Shown one piece after another: positions 8,037 through 16,345 of a stretch of 64,000 nucleotides of DNA; within the stretch, counting starts at the first letter, position 1, and each line of letters opens with the position of its first letter. This stretch comes from Alphaproteobacteria bacterium (GTDB lineage: Bacteria > Pseudomonadota > Alphaproteobacteria > Bin95), in NCBI GenBank assembly GCA_963665325.3, contig CAXXWS020000003.1, forward strand, positions 288,001 to 352,000. Reading direction: 5' to 3'. Both the position numbers and the translations under genes were made by a program. The notes under the pieces were generated by a model. The model was not told the DNA's origin. It ran no database searches and saw only the letters and a list, made by a program, of their open reading frames with translations.

Positions 8037-9620
8037 ATGACGCGGCGGAAGTTCTGGGGCTGGGGGAAGGTCGGCGAGGGTTTCACCGACGAGGAAATGA
8101 AGCCGTTCGAGGCGGACTATGCGGCGGTCTTCGGCGTGGACGGCTTCGAGGCCAGGCCCTTCCCGACCATCGACGAGATCGAGATCGCCCCGCCGCGCCT
8201 GGAGCCCCCGGCGTCGCTTGCGCCCGTCTGCACGGACGACAAGTGGGACCGCCTGGTCCACACCTTCGGGCGGTCCTTCCACGAGCAGGTCCGCGTCATG
8301 AACCGCGACTTCGCCGGCGCGCCCGACCTTGTCGCCCGGCCGCGCGACGAGGGCGAGGTCGCCGCGCTGCTCGACTGGTGCGGCGAAGCGGGTGCGGCCG
8401 CCATTCCCTTCGGCGGCGGCTCCTCGGTGGTAGGCGGCGTGCATCCGGATGTCGGCGGCGCGTTCAAGGCCGCGGTCTCCATCGACATGGGGGCCATGGA
8501 CCAAGTGCTGGAAATCGACCGGACATCGAGAGCGGCACGCATACAGGCCGGCGTCTACGGCCCGCACCTGGAGGACCAGCTCCGCCCGCACGACCTGACC
8601 TTGCGCTACTACCCGCAGAGCTTCGAATACTCGACCCTGGGCGGCTGGATCGCGACGCGCGGCGGCGGCCACTACGCCACCATGCTCACCCACATCGACG
8701 ACGTGACCGAGAGCGTGCGCGCGGTGACGCCGGCGGGCGTGCATGACAGCTTCCGCCTGCCGGGCTCCGGCGCCGGCCCAAGCCCCGACCGGCTGTTCCT
8801 CGGCTCGGAGGGCGCGCTCGGCATCGTCACCGAAGCCTGGATGCGCATTCAGGACCGTCCCACTTTCCGCGACGGCCGGTCGATCGAGTTCACCAGCTTC
8901 ATGGACGGCGTGGAAGCCGTCCGCGCCATTTCCCAGGCAGGCCTCTATCCCGCCAATCTGCGCCTGCTCGACCATGGCGAGGTGCGCTGGTCGGGGGCCG
9001 GGGACGGCTCGGCCGCGGTGCTGGTGCTGGGCTTCGAGGGCGCCGACCACCCGCTCGACGCCTGGATGGCGCGCGCGCTCGAATGCTGCCGGGACCATGG
9101 CGGGCGGCTTCCGGAAGAGGCCGGCGGCGGCGGGAATGCGGCCGCGCGCTGGCGCGACGCCTTCATCAAGGGCGGGCACATGCGCGAGATGCTGACCGCC
9201 CGCGCCATCATCCGCGAGACCTTCGAGACGGCGATCACCTGGGACCGGTTCGAGGCGTTCCATCGGGAGGTGGCGGGCGCGGCGGAGCGGGCGCTGCAGG
9301 AAGCAACGGGGCGGCCGGGAATCGTCGCCTGCCGCTTCACGCACGTCTATCCCGACGGGCCGGCGCCCTATTTCACCTTCATCGGTCTGGGCGAGCAGGG
9401 CCGGCTTTCGGCGCAGTACGACACGGTCAAGAACGCGGTCTCCGACGCGATCATCGAGGCCGGCGGTACCATTACCCACCACCATGCCGTCGGGCGCGAC
9501 CACATGCCCTGGTACAACCGCCAGCGCTCCGATGTCTTCGCGGCCGCATTGAAGGGCGCCAAGGCCGCACTCGACCCGGCCGGCATCATGAATCCGGGCG
9601 TCCTGCTCCCGGCGCCTTAG
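8037..9620 (+). CDS. FAD-linked oxidoreductase, alkyl-DHAP synthase-like
   Basis: PFGGGSSVVGG, PQSFEYSTLGGWIATRGGG, GSEGALG and TITHHHAVG motifs. Confidence 0.85.
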   Translation: MTRRKFWGWGKVGEGFTDEEMKPFEADYAAVFGVDGFEARPFPTIDEIEIAPPRLEPPASLAPVCTDDKWDRLVHTFGRSFHEQVRVMNRDFAGAPDLVARPRDEGEVAALLDWCGEAGAAAIPFGGGSSVVGGVHPDVGGAFKAAVSIDMGAMDQVLEIDRTSRAARIQAGVYGPHLEDQLRPHDLTLRYYPQSFEYSTLGGWIATRGGGHYATMLTHIDDVTESVRAVTPAGVHDSFRLPGSGAGPSPDRLFLGSEGALGIVTEAWMRIQDRPTFRDGRSIEFTSFMDGVEAVRAISQAGLYPANLRLLDHGEVRWSGAGDGSAAVLVLGFEGADHPLDAWMARALECCRDHGGRLPEEAGGGGNAAARWRDAFIKGGHMREMLTARAIIRETFETAITWDRFEAFHREVAGAAERALQEATGRPGIVACRFTHVYPDGPAPYFTFIGLGEQGRLSAQYDTVKNAVSDAIIEAGGTITHHHAVGRDHMPWYNRQRSDVFAAALKGAKAALDPAGIMNPGVLLPAP

Positions 9621-9689
9621 CCGACCCTGGCAACCGCCTCACTATCTTCATCCTGTCGCCATGTTCCCGTGTCGAGCCCGCGCCCACCG

Positions 9690-10421
9690 CTACCCCGGAA
9701 AGTCGCAGCGGAGCGCGGTGACCTGGACGAAGGACCGGGAACCGGCGCGGGCGGCGAAGCGGTATTCGTTGCCGGCGAAGCGCACGGAATGGTCGAGCGG
9801 CAGCTTGCCCTGCGCCTCCGTGGCGTCGCCGCCAATGGCCGTGAACCGGAGCGAGACGGGAGCCGCCGGGTCGAACCAGGCCTCGGGCAGGCCCGCCTCC
9901 GTCAGTTCCGCCGCGCCCTCGCCGGTGACCGTGATCGCGCCTTCGGCGAATTGCGCCGAGGCATTGGCGCCGTCGTGGAGAGGCGTCGCAAGCACGAACC
10001 GTTTGGTGACCGGCTCCGGGTCGCATTCCGGCTCGGGCCCGGCTTCGTTGAGGAGAAAGGCGATCCGGGCCTCGTCGAGGCCGGCGTTTATCCGCTCCAC
10101 AAGCATTTCGAAGAGTGCCTTGCGTTCGCCCGTCGGCACCTCGCGGTCGTAGCGGGCCTGAAGCGCACTCTCACCCTGGACCGCCGCAAGCCGCCGCCTG
10201 TCGAGTTCGGCCTTTTCGGCCTCCAGCCGCGCAATGTCGGCATCCTGGGCCGCCAGCCTCTCCTCCATGCGATCGATGCGGTATTGCGTGCGGGTGGCGC
10301 CCGTCTCGTAGGCGAACACGCCGACCGCAATGACCGCAGCCAGCAGCAGGATCCGCTTGACCAGAGTCCAGCGTCGGGCCTGGGCGGCCATCCTGCGGCC
10401 TTCCTTCAATCCGATCGCCAT
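9690..10421 (-). CDS. Hypothetical membrane-anchored coiled-coil protein
   Basis: One N-terminal TM, a heptad-rich segment, then a beta-rich domain with two Cys. GGAG upstream. Confidence 0.7.
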   Translation of the reverse strand: MAIGLKEGRRMAAQARRWTLVKRILLLAAVIAVGVFAYETGATRTQYRIDRMEERLAAQDADIARLEAEKAELDRRRLAAVQGESALQARYDREVPTGERKALFEMLVERINAGLDEARIAFLLNEAGPEPECDPEPVTKRFVLATPLHDGANASAQFAEGAITVTGEGAAELTEAGLPEAWFDPAAPVSLRFTAIGGDATEAQGKLPLDHSVRFAGNEYRFAARAGSRSFVQVTALRCDFPG

Positions 10422-10539
10422 GCGTTCGCTCCTGCGCCGGCTAAACCGCCGCGAGGGATGTTTATCTCAAATCCCGGCCCGTTTTGACAGGCTCCGCACG
10501 GCCTGCAATGGTCTCCAACACTGGCGGAGCCGGGCGGCC

Positions 10540-11571
10540 GTGACCCTGAGCACCAGCGATTTCGATTTCGACCTGCCTTCCGAGCTGATCGCGCAGCAGC
10601 CCGCGGAGCCGCGCGACGCGGCGCGGCTGCTGCATGTGGGCGACCGCTTGGCAGACCGCAACATCGCCGACCTGCCGGCACTGCTCCGGCCCGGCGACCT
10701 GATGGTCGTCAACGACACGCGGGTGATCCCCGCCCGGCTTTACGGACAACGCCGGGAGGCCAGGGTCGAGGCCCTGCTGCACAAGCGTCTGGACGACAAG
10801 CGCTGGCTGGCCTTCGCGCGGCCCGGCAGGCGCCTAAGGGAGGGCGACCGGATTACCTTTCCCGGCGGGCTCGAAGCGGTGCTGGAGGAGCGGCGGGCGG
10901 GCGGAGAAGTCGCACTGGCCTTCTCGGCGGAGGGGGCCGCGCTGGACGCGGCGCTGGAGGCGCACGGCTCGATGCCGCTGCCGCCCTATATCAAGCGATC
11001 GAGGGGCGGCGACCCGGACGACCGGGATGCCTACCAGACCGTGTTCGCCCGCGAGCCGGGATCGGTCGCCGCGCCTACAGCCGGGTTGCATTTCAGCTCC
11101 CGGCTGCTGGCGGCACTGGAGGCGCGCGGCATCGAGCGCGCGGCCGTCACTCTGCATGTCGGCGCCGGCACCTTCCTGCCGGTTCGCACGGAGGACCCGG
11201 CTCGGCACCGGATGCACAGCGAATGGGGACGCATCACGGAGGAGACGGCGGCGCACATCCGGGAGCGCAAGGGCCGGCTGGTGGCGGCGGGCACCACTGC
11301 GCTTCGCCTGCTGGAGACGGCGGCCGATCCTTCGGGCGAGGTGGCGCCCTGGGAGGGGGAGACCGACATATTCCTGCGGCCCGGCGGCAGGCAGGTTCGG
11401 ACGGCCGACCTGCTGCTTACCAATTTCCACCTGCCGCGCTCGACGCTGTTCATGCTCGTCGCCGCCTTCGCCGGGCTTGAGCGGATGCGCGCCGCCTACG
11501 CCCATGCCGTCAGGCAGCGCTACCGCTTCTTCTCCTACGGCGACGCCTGCCTGCTGGAGCGTCGGGACTGA
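10540..11571 (+). CDS. queA: S-adenosylmethionine:tRNA ribosyltransferase-isomerase
   Basis: [56 protein letters not shown]. Confidence 0.97.
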   Translation: MTLSTSDFDFDLPSELIAQQPAEPRDAARLLHVGDRLADRNIADLPALLRPGDLMVVNDTRVIPARLYGQRREARVEALLHKRLDDKRWLAFARPGRRLREGDRITFPGGLEAVLEERRAGGEVALAFSAEGAALDAALEAHGSMPLPPYIKRSRGGDPDDRDAYQTVFAREPGSVAAPTAGLHFSSRLLAALEARGIERAAVTLHVGAGTFLPVRTEDPARHRMHSEWGRITEETAAHIRERKGRLVAAGTTALRLLETAADPSGEVAPWEGETDIFLRPGGRQVRTADLLLTNFHLPRSTLFMLVAAFAGLERMRAAYAHAVRQRYRFFSYGDACLLERRD

Positions 11572-11577
11572 TCCCGC

Positions 11578-12480
11578 TCAGCGGACCTTGGGCAGGGTGT
11601 GGCCCGCGAAGCCCTCGACCATCTGCACGATGGAGGTGATGTCCTCGCGGCCCTTGCCCTGCATGTGCCAGTGGCGGAAGAACTGGCGCACAGCCGACGA
11701 GACCCAGGACGGCACCTGGAGACGCTCAGCCTCGGCGAGCGCAAGCTCGATATCCTTCATGAGAATGTCCAGCGCCGCCCCGTAGGCGAAGGACCGGTCG
11801 AGCACCGAGGCCGGGACCTTGCCCACCGTTGCGCTGTTGCGCCCGGAGCCCGCATTGACCGCCTCAAGCATCGCCTCGAGATCGACCCCGGCCTTGGAGC
11901 CCATAACCAGCGCCTCGGAGGTAACGGCGAGCGCGGCGGCCGAGAGGATATTGTTGACGAGCTTGACCGTCTGCGCTGCGCCCGGCTCCTCGCCCACATG
12001 GACCACCGTCTTGCCCCAGCAGGAGAGCGCCGGCTGCAATTCGTCGAAGAGCGCGCGGCTGCCCGACGCCATCACCGAGAGCGTGCCCGCCTCCGCACCG
12101 GGCGGGCCGCCGCTGATCGGGCAGTCGAGCATCTCGATACCGGACTCGCCCAGCGCTGCCGCCATCTCGCGGATGAAGCCGGACCCGACCGTGCAGGTGT
12201 TGACCACCTTCGCGATCCGCCCGCCCTTCGCGAGCCCCTCCGCGCCGAGCCCGACTTCCCGCCAGGCGCCGAGCGTCGGCAGCGAGACGATCACCGTCTC
12301 CGCCAGGTCCGCGACCGCCTTCGGGCTCTCCGCCTCGCGCGCCTGCCGGGCCGCAAGCGGCGCCACCGCCTCGGCGCGGACATCGTGCACGATCAGGCTG
12401 TGGCCCCCGTCCAGAAGCCGCCCGGCCATCGGTCCGCCCATGGCGCCCACGCCTACGAATCCCAATTCCATGACCTTCAT
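11578..12480 (-). CDS. NAD(P)-dependent oxidoreductase, 3-hydroxyisobutyrate dehydrogenase family
   Basis: GFVGVGAMGGPMA, DCPISGG and KLVNN motifs. Start is 12480 or 12471. Confidence 0.9.
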   Translation of the reverse strand: MKVMELGFVGVGAMGGPMAGRLLDGGHSLIVHDVRAEAVAPLAARQAREAESPKAVADLAETVIVSLPTLGAWREVGLGAEGLAKGGRIAKVVNTCTVGSGFIREMAAALGESGIEMLDCPISGGPPGAEAGTLSVMASGSRALFDELQPALSCWGKTVVHVGEEPGAAQTVKLVNNILSAAALAVTSEALVMGSKAGVDLEAMLEAVNAGSGRNSATVGKVPASVLDRSFAYGAALDILMKDIELALAEAERLQVPSWVSSAVRQFFRHWHMQGKGREDITSIVQMVEGFAGHTLPKVR

Positions 12481-12525
12481 CCCCCTTGCCGCGAGTAGTC
12501 GTCGAGTATGCGCGCGGCGGCCCCC

Positions 12526-12768
12526 TCAGGCCAGAAGCCAGCCGAGCAGCGTGCGGTTGCCTTCCACAACCTCCGTCCAGAACTGCCACGGCCAGAGCCA
12601 GAGCCGCATGAAGGCCCACAAGGCCGCACCGCCCAGCGCGGGGCCGAATTCGCCCGGCCCGAGGCCGTGGACGACATGAACGAACATGCGCGAAAAGCCT
12701 GCGACCAGCCCCAGCAGGAAGCCGATGCCCAGATAAAGCGACAGAATGCGGCGCAACAGTCTCAGCAT
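12526..12768 (-). CDS. Small hypothetical membrane protein
   Basis: 80 aa with two hydrophobic segments and a Trp-rich C-terminal part. Host-like GC. Confidence 0.55.
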   Translation of the reverse strand: MLRLLRRILSLYLGIGFLLGLVAGFSRMFVHVVHGLGPGEFGPALGGAALWAFMRLWLWPWQFWTEVVEGNRTLLGWLLA

Positions 12769-12796
12769 GGCAGGCGGCTTACTTTCAGCGCACCGC

Positions 12797-13354
12797 CTAT
12801 TCCTTCATACTTTTCGCTTGCTCCCGTAGTCTGTCGATCTCCTCTACCGCCCTTATGGCTTCCTGAACCGGGATATGTCTCTTGAGTTCAACCAATCTCC
12901 GCGCCGCGTTGTCGACAGACAGCTGCAGCCCCTCTTCCTTCTCCTTTATGCGTACGTAAAGCGCCGTGGCCAATTTTTCCAACTCCATTACTCCTTTTGC
13001 TCCAACAGCGTTGGCGGCAAATGCAAGCCTATTCTCATATCTCCCAAGAGTCTTAGGAAACAGCTTCTGAACATTTTCAGCTTGCTCAGTGTTTTCCATA
13101 CTAGGGCCATAAAACCCTCTTGGCTGCAGAGCAATTACCGCATCCGCGCGGAGAGCAGTCAATTCGTCCCTCAGATCAAAAGAAAACGGGCCATGTTTAT
13201 AAAGAATGAATTTATATCCCAATGGCACTTGCGCCAAGGCTTGCAAAATATAGACCGCCTTTTGCAAATGAGTCTCTCCGCGCCAACTTTCCTGCTGCTT
13301 CAACCGGTCTATGAGACGGGTGAGAAGCGCTCCTCTCCTAACTCTGTCCACCAT
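12797..13354 (-). CDS. YwgA/Panacea(SocA)-like protein
   Basis: GETHLQKAVYILQ...LGYKFILYKHGPFSFDL and ELEKLATALY motifs. Overlaps the HD gene end by 17 bp. Low GC. Confidence 0.7.
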   Translation of the reverse strand: MVDRVRRGALLTRLIDRLKQQESWRGETHLQKAVYILQALAQVPLGYKFILYKHGPFSFDLRDELTALRADAVIALQPRGFYGPSMENTEQAENVQKLFPKTLGRYENRLAFAANAVGAKGVMELEKLATALYVRIKEKEEGLQLSVDNAARRLVELKRHIPVQEAIRAVEEIDRLREQAKSMKE

Positions 13355-14654
13355 TCTCCTCCTTCACTGGCTCGATGACTTTGCTGAGATTACCGTCTAA
13401 CCAACCCTTTGCTTCCAGAAAACAAGATCTATCGGCGAACACATAATCAACGGAAACTACCGGCACCTGATTGAGAGCAGTCGAAACAACCAGAGACGAA
13501 ACTACACGATCATCGCGCATCCGAACCGGGAAATCAGGACCTCCTCCCTTTTGATTGTATCTATCGTGGCGAAATTTGTGATCGCCAAATTCTTCCTTTA
13601 GTGCTCGATAAACTTGTTCACCCGCTTCCTGATTTATCGCTACATCTGCCGGATTTCTTTGATAAATCACCTTGAAATGCTTGCGTCGAACTAAGCGTTT
13701 CGCATGCAAATACCCTTTTGCGCATTTGTTGATTGATTGATTCCACAAAGCAGAAATTATTGTTTCATCCGTTAAAGCGATATGCTTGTCAAGATCAATT
13801 GAAAACACACCATTATCGAGCCACTGTTTTAGAAAATCCATTAGATGAATATCGTAAATCCTGCGTACGGGATGAAAATAAACTTGGGAATACATAAAGT
13901 ATCGAGCAAGCATAAGGGCCTCAGCTGACTGCAAACCACCTTCTTCCATACCAAGAGAAGGTTCACCTGTATCAGGTGATTGCAAAATACGCAACGTATC
14001 TATCAATCTATAATGGTCAAATTTTCCGTATGCAACTCCTGCATGATATGAATCTCTAAGCAGATAATCCATGCGGTCAACGCCAAAAGCATCTCCAACA
14101 ATAATTTCGGACAAAATTGATTCCCAGTCTGAAAATACCAGATCGTCTGCCTTTTGAGGCCCTATAGCGAGTTTCACTATATCTTCGCTGCGTAGCGGCG
14201 GTGTAACTGACTTCCAAATCTCTTCCATTTCGCGGCTGGAAATAAGCTCTCGTGTTAATCGTTCGTGATCCCAACCTTCGGGCAAGAGCTCTTTCTCGGC
14301 GGCATGAGAGAACGGCAAATGTCCTATATCGTGACAAAGGGCTGCCATTCGGATGATTCGTTTCCAATAAGCACATGCGTCTGGTCGTGAAATATGTTCC
14401 AGTCGACTCTTGATTGCTTCAGAGACGTTATCTGGGTTTGTGACGACATCGAACACCCGGCCGGCAAGGTCCATAACACCGAGGGAATGCTCAAACCGGC
14501 GATGTGTCGCGCCCGGATAAACCAGATAGGTCGTTGCAAGCTGGTGAACATGCCGCAGCCGTTGAAACGGGCGGGAGTCCAGCACCTTTCGTTCATCACC
14601 ATCCATGCGGATGAATATATGGATGGGGTCCCTGATTTCATGTATGTGCTGCAT
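13338..14654 (-). CDS. SAMHD1/YwfO-like HD-domain phosphohydrolase (putative dNTP triphosphohydrolase)
   Basis: IRDPIH, FQRLRHVHQL, YPGATHRRFEHSLGV, AALCHDIGHLPFSH, WDHE, VDRMDYLLRD, MYSQVYFH. ATG 14654 chosen over the ORF-track start. Confidence 0.92.
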   Translation of the reverse strand: MQHIHEIRDPIHIFIRMDGDERKVLDSRPFQRLRHVHQLATTYLVYPGATHRRFEHSLGVMDLAGRVFDVVTNPDNVSEAIKSRLEHISRPDACAYWKRIIRMAALCHDIGHLPFSHAAEKELLPEGWDHERLTRELISSREMEEIWKSVTPPLRSEDIVKLAIGPQKADDLVFSDWESILSEIIVGDAFGVDRMDYLLRDSYHAGVAYGKFDHYRLIDTLRILQSPDTGEPSLGMEEGGLQSAEALMLARYFMYSQVYFHPVRRIYDIHLMDFLKQWLDNGVFSIDLDKHIALTDETIISALWNQSINKCAKGYLHAKRLVRRKHFKVIYQRNPADVAINQEAGEQVYRALKEEFGDHKFRHDRYNQKGGGPDFPVRMRDDRVVSSLVVSTALNQVPVVSVDYVFADRSCFLEAKGWLDGNLSKVIEPVKEENGGQS

Positions 14655-14798
14655 CGGCGGAGCATGGCCGGGGGCGGGCAGGGCATTGGATTGAGCCGGC
14701 ACACTCGATCCAAGAAGGATGTTGAAGGGTTTCGGACGCGACCGCAAGACGGGCACGTGCCTTGAACGGCATGCGAAACACCGTTACCAGACACCCCC

Positions 14799-15290
14799 AT
14801 GACCGCCATGACCCTGGTGCTCGGCGGCGCCGCCTCCGGCAAGAGCCGTTACGCCGAATCGCTGTTTGACGGACCCGCCGTCTATATCGCCACGGCCGAG
14901 GCCGGCGACGCCGAAATGGCGGACCGCATCGCCCGGCACCGTGCCCGGCGGGGCGCTTGCTGGACAACCGTCGAGGCGCCTTGCCGACTGCCGGAAGCGC
15001 TGGCGAACGCCCGCGACATACCGGCGCTGGCGGACTGCCTGACGCTCTGGCTTTCCAACGCGCTCGCCGCCGGCCGGGAGCCCGATACCGAAGCGCTGCT
15101 GGCCGCCGTCGTCGGCCGCAACCGCCAGACGGTGCTGGTCTCGAACGAGACCGGCATGGGCCTCGTGCCCTCAACGCCTCTCGGCCGCCGCTTTCGCGAT
15201 GCCCAGGGGCAGTTGAACGAAGAGGTCGCCCGCGTCGCGGACCGGGTCGTGTTCGTGGCGGCCGGCCTGCCGCTCGTGCTCAAGCCCTGA
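14799..15290 (+). CDS. cobU: Adenosylcobinamide kinase/adenosylcobinamide-phosphate guanylyltransferase (CobU/CobP)
   Basis: GGAASGKS, RIARHRARR, DCLTLWLSN, VSNETGMG, RRFRD, AGLPL. Confidence 0.95.
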   Translation: MTAMTLVLGGAASGKSRYAESLFDGPAVYIATAEAGDAEMADRIARHRARRGACWTTVEAPCRLPEALANARDIPALADCLTLWLSNALAAGREPDTEALLAAVVGRNRQTVLVSNETGMGLVPSTPLGRRFRDAQGQLNEEVARVADRVVFVAAGLPLVLKP

Positions 15291-15301
15291 AGGCGCCGAT
15301 C

Positions 15302-16345
15302 ATGCTCAAACCGAAAATCCCGGCAACCGTCGTCACCGGTTTCCTCGGCGCCGGCAAGACCAGCCTGGTCCGCCACCTGCTGGAGAATGCCGGCGGGCGG
15401 CGCCTGGCGATTGTCGTCAACGAATTCGGCGATCTGGGTATCGACGGCGACCTGCTGCGCGCCTGCGGAATCGAGGGCTGCGAAGATGAGGACATCGTCG
15501 AGCTCGCCAACGGCTGCATCTGCTGCACGGTCGCCGACGATTTCCTACCGACCATGCAGGCGCTTCTGGACCGGCCGGACCCGCCCGACCATATCGTGAT
15601 CGAAACCTCGGGCCTCGCGTTGCCGAAACCTCTGGTGCAGGCCTTTGCCTGGCCGGAGGTGCGCTCCCGCACGACGGTGGACGGCGTGATCGCGGTGGTG
15701 GATGCCGCGGCCGTCTCGGCCGGGCGCTTTGCGGCCGATCCCGATGAGGTCGAGGCTGCACGCCGGGCCGATCCCGCTCTCGACCACGATGCGCCGCTGG
15801 AAGAGCTGTTCGAGGACCAGCTCGCCGCCGCCGACCTCGTCGTCGTCAACAAGCGCGATCTTCTGGACACGCCGGAATGGGCGGGCGTGCTGGCCCAGGT
15901 GCAGGAGGGACTGCGCTCGCCTGCGGTCAAGACGGTCGGCGCAACCGGCGGGGCGGTCGATGCGCGCCTGCTGCTCGGCCTGAACGCGGCGGCGGAAGAC
16001 GACATCGACGCACGACCTTCGCACCATGACGGCGAGGACGACCACGACCATGACGATTTCGAGAGCTTCGCCGTTGAGGCGGGGCCGGTCGATCCGGCTG
16101 CTCTCGCGGAACGCATTTCGGCGGCAGCAGAGGGCCATGACGTGCTCCGCATCAAGGGCTTCGCCGCGGTGGAGGGCAAGGCGATGCGGCTCGCGGTCCA
16201 AGGCGTCGGCGCCCGCACCGAGACCTGGTACGACCGGCCCTGGCAGGCCGGCGAGAAGCCGGCGACCCGGCTGGTGATAATCGGCTTCGCCGGTCTCGAC
16301 CGCGAGGCCGTCGCCCGGACGCTCGGCGGGCGGTGCATCTCCTAG
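15302..16345 (+). CDS. cobW: Cobalamin biosynthesis GTPase CobW
   Basis: TGFLGAGKT, NGCICCTVADDF, ETSGLALPKPL, and a His/Asp-rich HHDGEDDHDHDD segment. Confidence 0.96.
   Translation: MLKPKIPATVVTGFLGAGKTSLVRHLLENAGGRRLAIVVNEFGDLGIDGDLLRACGIEGCEDEDIVELANGCICCTVADDFLPTMQALLDRPDPPDHIVIETSGLALPKPLVQAFAWPEVRSRTTVDGVIAVVDAAAVSAGRFAADPDEVEAARRADPALDHDAPLEELFEDQLAAADLVVVNKRDLLDTPEWAGVLAQVQEGLRSPAVKTVGATGGAVDARLLLGLNAAAEDDIDARPSHHDGEDDHDHDDFESFAVEAGPVDPAALAERISAAAEGHDVLRIKGFAAVEGKAMRLAVQGVGARTETWYDRPWQAGEKPATRLVIIGFAGLDREAVARTLGGRCIS

Noticed and set aside
6543-9503. Very long antisense or alternative-frame ORFs (also 36107-39238, 52069-56139, 59443-61929)
   Set aside because: They shadow well-supported genes. 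Stop codons are scarce at this GC content and the translations have no motifs.
14655-14756. N-terminal extension of the HD protein in the ORF track
   Set aside because: Family similarity begins at MQHIHEIRDPIH, and the extension covers the divergent promoter region.
12770-14800. Integrative element or prophage around the low-GC genes
   Set aside because: No integrase, tRNA, att-like repeats or phage genes were seen.
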